Positions 31,632-40,732 of a stretch of 64,000 bases of DNA are shown in pieces (the stretch's first letter is position 1; each line of letters starts with the position of its first letter). The position numbers and the translations under genes were made by a program. The notes below the pieces were generated by a model. That model worked only from the letters and a program-made list of their open reading frames with translations, was not told the origin of the DNA and made no database searches. Origin of the DNA: an uncultured delta proteobacterium (GTDB lineage: Bacteria; Desulfobacterota; BSN033; UBA1163); the NCBI GenBank assembly GCA_963708295.1, contig CAVPSJ010000015.1, positions 96,001 to 160,000 of the forward strand. The letters are read 5' to 3'.

Positions 31632-33016
31632 ACTCTGCCTCCGTGAGCATCAATCACATGCTTGACAATAGCCAGCCCCAAACCGGTCCCCTGGATGCGA
31701 TTCGAATGTCTGAAGGGCGCCTGACGAAACTTCTCAAAGATGGTGGTCAGATTTTCTTTTTTTATGCCTGGACCGGTATCCGACACCGAGATTTCTATCT
31801 CTCGATTCATGAGCCGGGCGACGACCCTCACCTGCCCCCCCTCCGGCGTGAATTTCACGGCGTTTCCGATCAGATTTCTTAGCACCTGCAGGATTCTCTC
31901 GCGATCGACCTTGATCATGGGCAGCTTCGCTTCAACCTCTTTCCTGAAGGCGATCTTCCTGGCCTCGACCAGGGGGATCATCTCCGTGGCTGCCCTTTCA
32001 ATCAACGGGGCGAGGCTCCCGGGTTCGTAGCTGTAGGTCATCATCCCCGCTTCCATTTTGGATAGATCTAACAACGAGTTGACCAGGTCGATCAAACGTT
32101 TGCTTTCCTCGGAGAGAATGGCTAAAAGCCGCTTTTGCTTTTCCGGGACGGCTCCCCCGGCCCCTTCCCGTAAGAGGTTTATTCCTTCCTTGATGGAAGT
32201 GAGCGGCGTGCGCAATTCGTGGGACATCGAGGAGTAGAAGTCGGACTTCATTTTATCCACCATCTTCAGCTTACCGCACATCGAATTGAAAGCCGCCGTC
32301 AACTCCGATATCTCCGGAGGAGAGGGGATATCCAAGTTATCGATGAAGACACCTTTGGAAATCTCTTTCGTTTTGTCCATGAGAATGGTCAGGGGTCTGG
32401 AGATGCTTCGCGTGATCCAAAAGGAAGTGGCCATGACTAAGAGAATGGCAATGGCCGACATGACGATCCCCAGGATCCGGGCAGAGGCCGCCGATTCCCC
32501 CAGCATTTTCATTCTTTTTTGAATGTCATGCCGGGAATAGACCTCGAGTTTTTTCAGCGCTTCCAAGATTTCATCCGAGGTCTTTTCCATCTCCCGTTTA
32601 AGCCCTTCTTTGGGGTTTTGATTTCCCCGGACGTATTCAATCTCTTTGTCAATCAAAGACTGTAAGTGCTGATGGTGGGCCTTTACGTTGTTCAGCGAAT
32701 CCTTTTTCTCGGGGGTATCCGCAAGGGTGAGGGCTTCGGAAAGAAGCTGGGCAAATCCCTTTTTCGCCGATACATACTGGTTGTAAAGGACGATATCTTT
32801 TGTGATGGTATATTTCTTTTCGTATCGCAGTTGCGAGAGGTAGGAGTCGGTCAGTTTTTCCTTATAATCGAGAACGGCGTAGTCGACATTAAGCACGTGA
32901 CGAGCCCCGCTGTTTAGCTGATGTAGCCTAAAGATAGCATAGACGCTCACCAAAATGACGAGAGAGAGTACGACAAAGTAACCAATCATCAATCTGGCAA
33001 GTATGGTTAATCTCAT
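31574..33016 (-). CDS. HAMP sensor histidine kinase (GlrK-like)
   Basis: Two TM helices, HAMP domain, SHELRTPL, NLIGNAVKF and GTGLGLAI. Confidence 0.95.
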   Translation of the reverse strand: MRLTILARLMIGYFVVLSLVILVSVYAIFRLHQLNSGARHVLNVDYAVLDYKEKLTDSYLSQLRYEKKYTITKDIVLYNQYVSAKKGFAQLLSEALTLADTPEKKDSLNNVKAHHQHLQSLIDKEIEYVRGNQNPKEGLKREMEKTSDEILEALKKLEVYSRHDIQKRMKMLGESAASARILGIVMSAIAILLVMATSFWITRSISRPLTILMDKTKEISKGVFIDNLDIPSPPEISELTAAFNSMCGKLKMVDKMKSDFYSSMSHELRTPLTSIKEGINLLREGAGGAVPEKQKRLLAILSEESKRLIDLVNSLLDLSKMEAGMMTYSYEPGSLAPLIERAATEMIPLVEARKIAFRKEVEAKLPMIKVDRERILQVLRNLIGNAVKFTPEGGQVRVVARLMNREIEISVSDTGPGIKKENLTTIFEKFRQAPFRHSNRIQGTGLGLAIVKHVIDAHGGRVWAESEPGQGASFIFVLPV

Positions 33017-33577
33017 GTGCCACCTGACTCCATTCGGCGCGATGCAGAACCGCTGAGGAGCTAAAACACTTCGATGATGATCAATAAAGGACGGACAGAA
33101 CCGCTGGTGAAAAAATTTATCTCCCGCCTCGGGAAAGGGTAAGCCACAAAAAATTTAACACATCTTTCCAAATCAGGCAATTTTGATTGGTTTTTTGACC
33201 CTTCAGGCGCAACACTCCACCCTCCGGCTTCTTGCGGGGCCAATCTCTCCATGGGCTTGCAGCCCGGTAGCGGACCTTAAAAGGTTTCGGCCCTAGGCCT
33301 TCGTCGCTGAGCGCCTGCCCCCGCTGTATCTTCCGTTCATGACGATTGCCTGAGGGAGAGGAAAAGACGCTGCTATCCGCAACCGAGGCAGGGAAAAAGG
33401 GGTGCTTATTGACCTGAAAGGGGGGAGTTTGATATTTCAACGTTAACGTGCTAAGTTTGAATTTATCCTCCCGAGGATAGACGGGGAAACAGAATCCGGA
33501 GGGAGCGTAGAGTTGCTTCCGTCGTGTTCTCGGGAAAACGATGATTGAAGCAACGGCGAGACGTGACGGAGTGACCC

Positions 33578-34042
33578 ATGGGAAAGAAAGAGGACGCGGA
33601 ACGGATATCGGAGAAAGCAAAGGGCTATTTCAACCATGGTTTTAACTGAGCGGAATCCATCTCCTTGAGTTTCAAGGACTATTTTGGGATAAAAGATTCC
33701 CTCATTCCGCGATTGGCCACAGGATTTGGCGGAGGGATCGGCCGAAAAGGCTCGCTTTGCGGAGCCTTCACGGGTTCGATCATGATGATTGGGATGAAAA
33801 CGGGAAGAACCGATCCCAAAGATAAGGAGGCCGTGGTTAAGGTCTACGAAAAGTGTCGGGAATACTGGGACCGATTTGAGAAAGAATTTGGAAGCAATGT
33901 CTGTTACAACATCATCGGGATTCATTTGGACAATGAGGAAGAGCGGCAGAAATGGCTGACTTCAGGCGGCGTGAAGAAGTGCGAGCGTGTCGTTGAGAAA
34001 ACGGCAGGGATGCTCTGCGATTTCCTCGACGAAATCAAGTGA
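33578..34042 (+). CDS. C-GCAxxG-C-C family redox protein with predicted selenocysteine at codon 24 (TGA 33647-33649)
   Basis: MGKKEDAERISEKAKGYFNHGFN-TGA-AESI is in frame with GFGGGIG...LCGAFTG. The family motif is N-C-A-E. A hairpin follows the TGA. Confidence 0.85.
33652..33700 (+). promoter_or_regulatory. Putative bacterial SECIS element
   Basis: TCCTTGA-GTT-TCAAGGA (33662-33678), with the G-starting loop 20 nt after UGA. Outer pair GGAATC/GATTCC. Confidence 0.7.
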
Positions 34043-34095
34043 ACATGTTGATTTTTTAGTGAAATTGGGATAAGTTGCTGTTTCATGATTCAGGC

Positions 34096-34224
34096 ATGAA
34101 GGGAATGAAATCCGTCTGGAGATGGCGCGAAAGCACGAGAAGGGGATATTGCTCGGGACCTCGGTGTTTATGATTCAACAAGGTTAAACGGACGAGAGGC
34201 CATGGGTAATACCATGGCTTTTTT
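34096..34224 (+). promoter_or_regulatory. Trp leader peptide (MKGMKSVWRWRE...; 34096-34173) and intrinsic terminator (34199-34224): putative trpS attenuator
   Basis: TGG-AGA-TGG codons, the terminator GCCATGG-GTAATA-CCATGGC-T6, and an alternative pairing CCTCG..GTTTA / TAAAC..CGAGAGG that overlaps the terminator 5' arm. Confidence 0.7.
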
Positions 34225-34428
34225 ATTAAGATCGCACCTGAAAACCCCGTCCTGTGGACGGGGATGAAAGGTGCGTCTGCTGAAAGCAGAAAAAATAAAT
34301 CAGATGCTGAAACAAGTTCAGCATGACAGGACGGTTCGGTTCTGATCTTTTTGTCATCCCGAACCAGGTCCTGAACTTGATTCAGGATCTATCGATTTCT
34401 CGATCTCGGTTTTTGGCTTTAGAATTTG
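34222..34428 (+). repeat. Composite palindromic repeat of about 200 bp, copy A
   Basis: Reverse complement of 56387-56566 apart from an inserted hairpin. Confidence 0.85.
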
Positions 34429-34527
34429 GGTTTTAAAAGCCCGCCCTGTGAGCGGGGTTCTTTACTTAAAATTCTCATTCGGATTTGTTTCGAGTTTAGG
34501 ATTTTGGATTTCGATATTGTCACCTCG

Positions 34528-34572
34528 TTGACCGGAACGTGCCCCGTCCCGCCTTGTGGGCAGGGAGCTTCA
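34528..34572 (+). mobile_element. Minimal IS200/IS605-type end element (TTGACCGGAACGTGCCCC...GGGAGCTTCA)
   Basis: Shares both ends with the copies at 45805, 52795 and 54243. Confidence 0.65.
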
Positions 34573-34607
34573 TAAAGGAACCTAGCGAAATTGGAGGCGA
34601 TGACAAG

Positions 34608-35603
34608 ATGGACCGAATTTTTAGCGGGATTCAGCCGTCGGGTGAAATTCATATCGGCAACTACGTAGGGGCTATTCGCAATTGGGTCCAACTCGTCAAT
34701 CGTTATGACTGTATCTACTCTGTGGTGGACTATCATGCCATCACGATCGAATACGATGTGGCTTCGATGCCACAGAGGATTTTAGAAACGGCGACCGTCC
34801 TTGTGGCTTGCGGTTTAACTCCCGACCGGTGTAAGGTTTTTGTCCAATCCCACGTGCCGGAGCATACGGAACTGGCGTGGATCTTCAACTGTGTGACCCC
34901 TGTGGGCGAATTGGAAAGGATGACTCAGTTCAAGGAGAAGGGAAAGCAGCACCGGCACAACGTCAACGTGGGGCTCCTGGATTATCCGGTGCTCCAGGCT
35001 GCGGATATCTTGATCTATAAGGCCGGGTATGTGCCGGTGGGAGAAGATCAAATACAGCATGTGGAATTTTCAAGAGAGATTGGCCGAAAGTTCAACGCTC
35101 GATTCGGAGACACCTTCCCGGAGCCCAAAGTGATCCTTTCCAGTGCGCCGAGAATTCTGGGCACAGACGGAAACGCAAAGATGTCCAAATCGTTGAACAA
35201 TGCCATTGGTCTACTGGATTCTCCCGAGGTCATCTGGGAGAAATTGAGAACCGCAGCAACGTGTGAGCACAGACAGCGGCGAAGCGATCCGGGACATCCG
35301 GAGCATTGCAATATTTTTACCATGCACCAGGCCTTTTCAAAACCGGACCAGATTGCTTTTGTGGATCATCAATGTCGGACGGCGGGGTTTGGATGCATCG
35401 ATTGCAAAAAGATCCTTTTTGAGAACATGGCGGAGGAGATCGTCCCGATCCAGACCCGTGTCAAAGAGATCAATCAAAATCCCCAATATATGGCCGACGT
35501 ATTAAGATCGGGCGCCACTCGATGTAAAGCCATCGCGGAAGAGGTGATGGATGAGGTGAGGGCGAAAATCGGCGTAAAGTCAGAGTGGATGGGTCGAGGA
35601 TAA
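34608..35603 (+). CDS. trpS: Tryptophanyl-tRNA synthetase
   Basis: SGIQPSG..HIGN, YPVLQAADIL, VPVGEDQ and KMSKS. It also carries a C-x21-C-x6-C-x2-C motif. Confidence 0.97.
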   Translation: MDRIFSGIQPSGEIHIGNYVGAIRNWVQLVNRYDCIYSVVDYHAITIEYDVASMPQRILETATVLVACGLTPDRCKVFVQSHVPEHTELAWIFNCVTPVGELERMTQFKEKGKQHRHNVNVGLLDYPVLQAADILIYKAGYVPVGEDQIQHVEFSREIGRKFNARFGDTFPEPKVILSSAPRILGTDGNAKMSKSLNNAIGLLDSPEVIWEKLRTAATCEHRQRRSDPGHPEHCNIFTMHQAFSKPDQIAFVDHQCRTAGFGCIDCKKILFENMAEEIVPIQTRVKEINQNPQYMADVLRSGATRCKAIAEEVMDEVRAKIGVKSEWMGRG

Positions 35604-35607
35604 TATT

Positions 35608-35893
35608 CAGGCTGCTGAAAAACGCCCATCCGTCCCGCACTTGGCGGGATTTCCCTCATCCTTCCCTGAGTCAAAGCACAGGGCAGGCTGATTGCGGCGT
35701 ACCCCGAGGTACGCCTCCGGCCGGCTCACCCACTCGTCGGCGTGCCTGCACGCCGTAGTCTCCGTCTCCATCTGCATGTGGGTCAATGTTTTGCGTGGAG
35801 AGCTTGGCTCCGTCATAGACAGGGATGTTTCGGCACGCAGGCGTGGCAAGAAGTCACTCCTTATCCGTCGTGACGCCACTTTCAGGATTGCCT
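35608..35893. mobile_element. MITE-like element beginning CAGGCTGCTGAAAAA with nested small repeats
   Basis: IS-type left terminus, internal hairpins (GGCGTACC-CCGA-GGTACGCC) and a nested element at 35741-35844. The right end is degenerate. Confidence 0.5.
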
Positions 35894-35904
35894 GCGTGAT
35901 CGGC

Positions 35905-36095
35905 AGGTGAGCGGGTGACGGTAAAGGTGATGTTATTCCCCCAGCCCTTTTGTTCGAGGGCATGATGCATGTCTCTTCCCTTTGACACTTCTTTCCCTCC
36001 GATTGCAACGAACGGATCGTCCGGAAAGCGGCCCGCCTTTTCAGGAGGGCTTTCCGGAAGCACCTTTGCGATCGCGGGCAAACGTTGATCCATGA
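35905..36095 (-). pseudogene. Degenerate PDZ-domain remnant
   Basis: IAKVLPESPPEKAG..PDD.FVAIGGKEV...ITFTVTR resembles the PDZ consensus and is truncated next to the MITE. Confidence 0.55.
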
Positions 36096-36167
36096 GAAGC
36101 CCGCTTGCATCTGGAGGGAAGATTATGGTAATGAACATAGGAGAAATCGCCTTTTTAGGGGAGAGGA

Positions 36168-37259
36168 ATGAAAACGGCAAATATCATCGTTTCCATTTTG
36201 TGGGCTGGCTTTTTTCTCAGCTGCGCCCCGGGTCAATCCGTACAAAAGGAACCCGAGAAGATCACGGCCCCGAGTAAATCCTCGGAGAAAGATGATGCGA
36301 AAGATGAGGCCAGATTGAATGCCCTCCTGGAGAGAGTGAAGACGTTGGAGGAATCTGTTTCCGTCCTGCGCTCAGAGATGGCGGGCATGGGAAACCAACT
36401 CGGCAGCAATCAAAGCCGTCGTTCTCTTGCCAGCTTTAAACTTCCTAAGGAGGTCTCTCTCTGCGAAGAGCGCTTTCCGTCAGAAGACAGAAATGTCTGG
36501 GAGAATCTGGATCGGGAATTTCTCGTGGCTTTATCCAACGAAGTCCAGGTCCTTTTATGGATGAAGCGAGCAAGACGATATTTCCCTTTTATTGAGAAAA
36601 GGTTGAAAGAGATGGGATTGCCCGACGATTTGAAGTATGTGACCATTACGGAAAGCAGTCTTCGACCCGAGGCCGTCTCCTCCTCCGGTGCGGCCGGGAT
36701 CTGGCAGTTCATTCCCTCCACCGGCGAGAGATACGGGATGAGAAAGAATCGAAGCGTTGATGAACGGTTTGATTTTTTCAAGGCGACGGAAGGGGCCCTC
36801 TCGTATCTGAGAAGCCTCTACGAAGAATTCAGGAGTTGGCCACTTTCAATGGCCGCCTATAACGCCGGGGAGAACAAGGTTCGAAAAGAGATCGATCTCC
36901 AAAAGACGAGGAATTACTTCTATCTTGATCTTCCCTTGGAGACGGAACGGTATGTGTATAAGATCGCTGTGGCTAAAATCATTCTTTCCAACCCCGAGAA
37001 ATATGGATACGCCCTCGGGGAAAAGGATTTTTATCATCCTCTTCAGATGGAGAGAATCCAAATCGAATTAACCCAGCCTCTCCCCGTGATGGAGGTCGCC
37101 AGGGCCACAGGTCTTTTTTACAAAGAGATTAAAGAGATGAACCCGCACCTCTTTGAGGACACGATTCCCCCTGGAATTCATTTTCTGAATCTTCCCCCGG
37201 GAACCTCGGAGAGGTTTTTGCTCTTCTTCTCTGCGTGGAAAAAGGAGACGGGGAGGTGA
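36168..37259 (+). CDS. Lytic transglycosylase lipoprotein (MltD-like)
   Basis: Lipobox FLSC, then ITESS, AAGIWQF and AAYNAGE SLT motifs. Confidence 0.92.
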   Translation: MKTANIIVSILWAGFFLSCAPGQSVQKEPEKITAPSKSSEKDDAKDEARLNALLERVKTLEESVSVLRSEMAGMGNQLGSNQSRRSLASFKLPKEVSLCEERFPSEDRNVWENLDREFLVALSNEVQVLLWMKRARRYFPFIEKRLKEMGLPDDLKYVTITESSLRPEAVSSSGAAGIWQFIPSTGERYGMRKNRSVDERFDFFKATEGALSYLRSLYEEFRSWPLSMAAYNAGENKVRKEIDLQKTRNYFYLDLPLETERYVYKIAVAKIILSNPEKYGYALGEKDFYHPLQMERIQIELTQPLPVMEVARATGLFYKEIKEMNPHLFEDTIPPGIHFLNLPPGTSERFLLFFSAWKKETGR

Positions 37260-37475
37260 TCGTTGTAAAACGCCCGAGCTTCCGTCCTGGCGCAAACGGG
37301 GAGGGCGCTTGGGAGCTTTTCTTAAGAGCCACAGGCCTTGCCCGCGGTGCCCTACAATGCCCTTGAAATTGTGAGGGAAAAAGAATATTCTTTTTCTCAA
37401 TGTCTCTCCGGTCCAAACCGCAGGCAGGAGCTCAGGGAGAACAGGGGGCCGTCTAGCCCCGGAAGGGTCATTCTT

Positions 37476-39011
37476 GTGAGTCAGGAAACAATCTTGGTCG
37501 TGGATGATGAGGCGGACGTGGGAGAGATGGTCTCCAAGATCATCAATCTGATGGGCCACGAGGCGGCCACCGCTCTCAATGGGAAAGAAGCCCTACAGAT
37601 TCTAAGGAATAGGCCTTTCAGCATCATGATTACGGATGTCAAGATGCCGGAGATGGATGGGTTCGAACTGATGAAGGCGGTGCGGGACCAGTTTCCAGGG
37701 ACCTATATCATCTGTATGACCGCCCATGGCGCCTCCTATTCTTACACGGATGTGGTCGGCATGGGGGGGACAGACTACATTACCAAGCCCTTCACCATCG
37801 ACGAGATGATGGCAAAATTGAATCGGGTGATTCGCGAGAAGGATCTCATCACCGACCTGACTCAGAAATCGACGGAGCTGGAGAAGGCCAATCAAGAATT
37901 GAAGCGGCTCGACCAGATGAAGTCCACCTTCATTTCCAGCGTCTCCCATGAACTTCGAACCCCTCTGACAGTCATTAAGGAGTTCATCTCCCTGATGCTG
38001 GAGGGACATGTGGGAGCGCTGACCGAAGATCAGCAAGAATACCTGGGTATTGCCAAGAGGAATATTATACGCTTGACGAACCTGATCGAGACCCTCCTTG
38101 ATTTCTCCAGAATCGAATCCGGGAAGGGTTTGAAACTGAGGTTTGAGCCGGTTCGTCTGATGGAGGTCGTGGAAGATGCGGCGATGACTTTTTCCCAACA
38201 GTTGGAGGAAAAGAGAATTACCTTTGAAAATCGGCTCGATCCAGATATCCCCACCGTTTTGGTCGATCGTAATCGATGGGTGGAGGTCTTCATCAATCTC
38301 ATCGGCAACGGAATTAAGTTCACCCCTCCGGGGGGAAAGATTACGATCGATTCGAAGGGGCTGACCGAAAAGAGGGATTATCTCAAGGTTGTGGTGGCGG
38401 ATACCGGGGTGGGTATCTCCCCGGAGGATTTGCCCAAAATATTCGACCGTTTTTATCAAGGGGGGAGAACCCAGACAGGACTCATCATGGGGACGGGACT
38501 GGGGCTCGCCATTGTTAAAGAGATCATCGAAGCGCATCAGGGTTCGATTCACGCGGAGGACAGGTCCGAAAGCGGCGCCTCCTTTGTCTTGACCCTTCCC
38601 CTTTTTAGGATCGAGACCATTTACACGCTCCTCCTCAATCCCATGCTCGAAGAAGCGGAAAGAGATAAGGTCCCTTTTTCCATGATTCGACTGGACTTCT
38701 GGGAGCAAAGGACCAAACGGGAATCTGTCCTCAGCCAGGAGTCCTGGGAAGGGGTGATGTACGCCCTTCAGAAGATGGTTCGTACGGTTGACACGGTCAT
38801 CCCTTTCCAAAACAGCGCGGTTTACATTCTTTCTTTTAACGACAAGAAGCTGGCCAAGGAGATTGGAGAGAGGATTCAAGTGAAATTGACCCAGGGAAAC
38901 TATACTCCCAAAGGGATAAACGTTCAGTTCAAAACTTACTCTTACCCCAAAGAGGCCCGTTCCAAGGAAGAATTTCTGAAAGGATGCCGGCTGTTCCTAA
39001 AAGAGGATTGA
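37476..39011 (+). CDS. Hybrid receiver-histidine kinase with a degenerate C-terminal domain
   Basis: ILVVDDE, TDVKMP, SHELRTPL and GTGLGLAI. Probable GTG start at 37476. Confidence 0.92.
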   Translation: MSQETILVVDDEADVGEMVSKIINLMGHEAATALNGKEALQILRNRPFSIMITDVKMPEMDGFELMKAVRDQFPGTYIICMTAHGASYSYTDVVGMGGTDYITKPFTIDEMMAKLNRVIREKDLITDLTQKSTELEKANQELKRLDQMKSTFISSVSHELRTPLTVIKEFISLMLEGHVGALTEDQQEYLGIAKRNIIRLTNLIETLLDFSRIESGKGLKLRFEPVRLMEVVEDAAMTFSQQLEEKRITFENRLDPDIPTVLVDRNRWVEVFINLIGNGIKFTPPGGKITIDSKGLTEKRDYLKVVVADTGVGISPEDLPKIFDRFYQGGRTQTGLIMGTGLGLAIVKEIIEAHQGSIHAEDRSESGASFVLTLPLFRIETIYTLLLNPMLEEAERDKVPFSMIRLDFWEQRTKRESVLSQESWEGVMYALQKMVRTVDTVIPFQNSAVYILSFNDKKLAKEIGERIQVKLTQGNYTPKGINVQFKTYSYPKEARSKEEFLKGCRLFLKED

Positions 39012-39038
39012 TCCCTTCGAGGAAGAGACCTAAAAAGT

Positions 39039-39326
39039 ATGAAGAAAATATTCGTCATCTTGATGGCGTGGATATTTGTCCTCATTGCTTGCGGTAAGGA
39101 ATCCCTCCCTCCACAAGGCAAATCAGAAAATGTGCCGGTTCCGAAGGTCACTGTGGAAAAAGAAAAGACGGGAAAGGAACCACCGCTGCCACCGGAGGTA
39201 AAGATCAAGCTGAAAAAAGACGGCAAGGATGGGTATTCCTGGGAGCTCACCGGCTCCGATGTGGACCAGGTCTTAAAGGTGAATGAAAGACTGAAGAAGC
39301 AATTGGGGGGAGGGCAACCCCGGTGA
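39039..39326 (+). CDS. Small lipoprotein
   Basis: Lipobox LIACG. Confidence 0.75.
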   Translation: MKKIFVILMAWIFVLIACGKESLPPQGKSENVPVPKVTVEKEKTGKEPPLPPEVKIKLKKDGKDGYSWELTGSDVDQVLKVNERLKKQLGGGQPR

Positions 39327-39340
39327 TTCCCGGGTAAGCA

Positions 39341-39478
39341 TCAAATTCCAAATGTCAAATACCAAATAAATCCCGATGGCCGAAATCCAAAATTCCAAAC
39401 AGAAACCTTTTGGTCATTTGTCATTGGGGATTTTGAGCTTGTTTGGAATTTGTAATTTGAAAATTGGGATTTGAAATC
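39341..39478. repeat. Inverted array of degenerate heptamers (CAAATTC-like / GAATTTG-like)
   Basis: CAAAT-rich left arm and ATTTG-rich right arm. Confidence 0.7.
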
Positions 39479-39545
39479 CGAGTCGTTCGACCAGGAATAA
39501 AACCTTCACGGTTTTGGGATTAATGGGAGGGAGGTGCGGACAGGA

Positions 39546-39773
39546 ATGGAAGGGTACATCCAGCAGATCTTTCAAGAGCTTCCTTTTGGGATTGCCGTTG
39601 CAATCGTAGTCTTTTTTGGCATCCTCTTGATTCTTTGGCTTCTTCTTCCCCTCTGGGTTTTATTTATTCAGTGGAACACAGCAAAGATCAAGGATGAACT
39701 TCGGAACCTCATCGAACTTGAAAAAGGGGATTGGGATGAAAAAAGGGAAGAGACGGCTGAGCCGAAAGATTGA
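39546..39773 (+). CDS. Small membrane protein
   Basis: Long hydrophobic stretch, with RBS GGAGG upstream. Confidence 0.6.
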   Translation: MEGYIQQIFQELPFGIAVAIVVFFGILLILWLLLPLWVLFIQWNTAKIKDELRNLIELEKGDWDEKREETAEPKD

Positions 39774-40185
39774 AGGGGCCTTTTTCATCCTGTTTTTGCT
39801 TTGGATCCCCATCGCGCAATCCCAGAGTCTCCTGAGAATCCCTCTTTATATTCATGAAAAAGAAATCCGGGTGGAGGTCGCCAGGACTCCAGAAGAGCGG
39901 AGCCATGGGTTGATGGGCAGAAAACATTTAGGGAAAGACGAGGGGATGCTTTTTATCTTTGAAACAGAGGACACCCACGGGTTTTGGATGAAAGATACCC
40001 TCCTCCCTCTGAGTATTGCCTTCATCGGCAAGGATGGCCGAATTGTTTGGATGACCGATATGAAACCCTTGACCTTGGATTCCCACGATCCTCCCCGACC
40101 CATCCTTTATGCTCTGGAAATGAACAAAGGCTGGTTTTCTTCTCACGGGGTGAAAGTGGGGGATGAGGTGCGATTCTCGAAATAG
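39736..40185 (+). CDS. DUF192 family protein
   Basis: VEVARTPEERSHGLMGR, GMLFIF, FWMKDT..PLSIAFI and ALEMNKG. Confidence 0.92.
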   Translation: MKKGKRRLSRKIEGAFFILFLLWIPIAQSQSLLRIPLYIHEKEIRVEVARTPEERSHGLMGRKHLGKDEGMLFIFETEDTHGFWMKDTLLPLSIAFIGKDGRIVWMTDMKPLTLDSHDPPRPILYALEMNKGWFSSHGVKVGDEVRFSK

Positions 40186-40229
40186 GTCTGAGGTTAAGCC
40201 TTGAATTCAGAGTCCATTGCGCTCAAAGT

Positions 40230-40604
40230 TCAAAGCTCAGGGCTCAATGGTTCCCCGAAGGTTTCCCCCTCCTTGAGAAGCTCTGAACCCAATTCATTCA
40301 CGTTCTCTATCAACCCTGCGACAACAATAGCGAAATTTCCGAACTTGGTTCCGATCAATAGAGGTTGAGGATCCCGATCGCTGATGGCCCCAATGCCCAG
40401 CGGACCTTTCATCTCTTTATATTCGCCAAAAAACTTCGATTTGAATTGGGATTTGCTGATATCATGAATGGAACGGTGCAATTGCTTTCCGAAGACCGCC
40501 ATGCCGCCGTATTCCGTCCCCATGTGGGAATGATAATCGGTGCCGTAGAGCAGGTCGTCCGCACAATTTGTTTTACTCGACACAATCCCGAAAATTCCGC
40601 TCAT
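40230..40604 (-). pseudogene. N-terminal fragment of an amidophosphoribosyltransferase-like protein
   Basis: MSGIFG..DLLYGTDYHSHMG..GGMAV..IHDI..QF..KF..ISD.DPQPL. Stops at 124 aa with no PRTase domain downstream. Confidence 0.75.
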
Positions 40605-40732
40605 AGAACCTCCCTTTTCCTATCGGCGTTTTATCCACAGCCAGGAAGTGAATCTGCGTCCGCTTTTTTGTCTGAAATTCTCAGACGGGATGACGTCTCA
40701 AGAAATTCGAGGCCGTGGCATAAAAGACCGGT

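Noticed and set aside
34043-34230. T-box riboswitch upstream of trpS
   Set aside because: No GGTGGNACCGCG T-box motif or stem I signature. A leader-peptide attenuator fits better.
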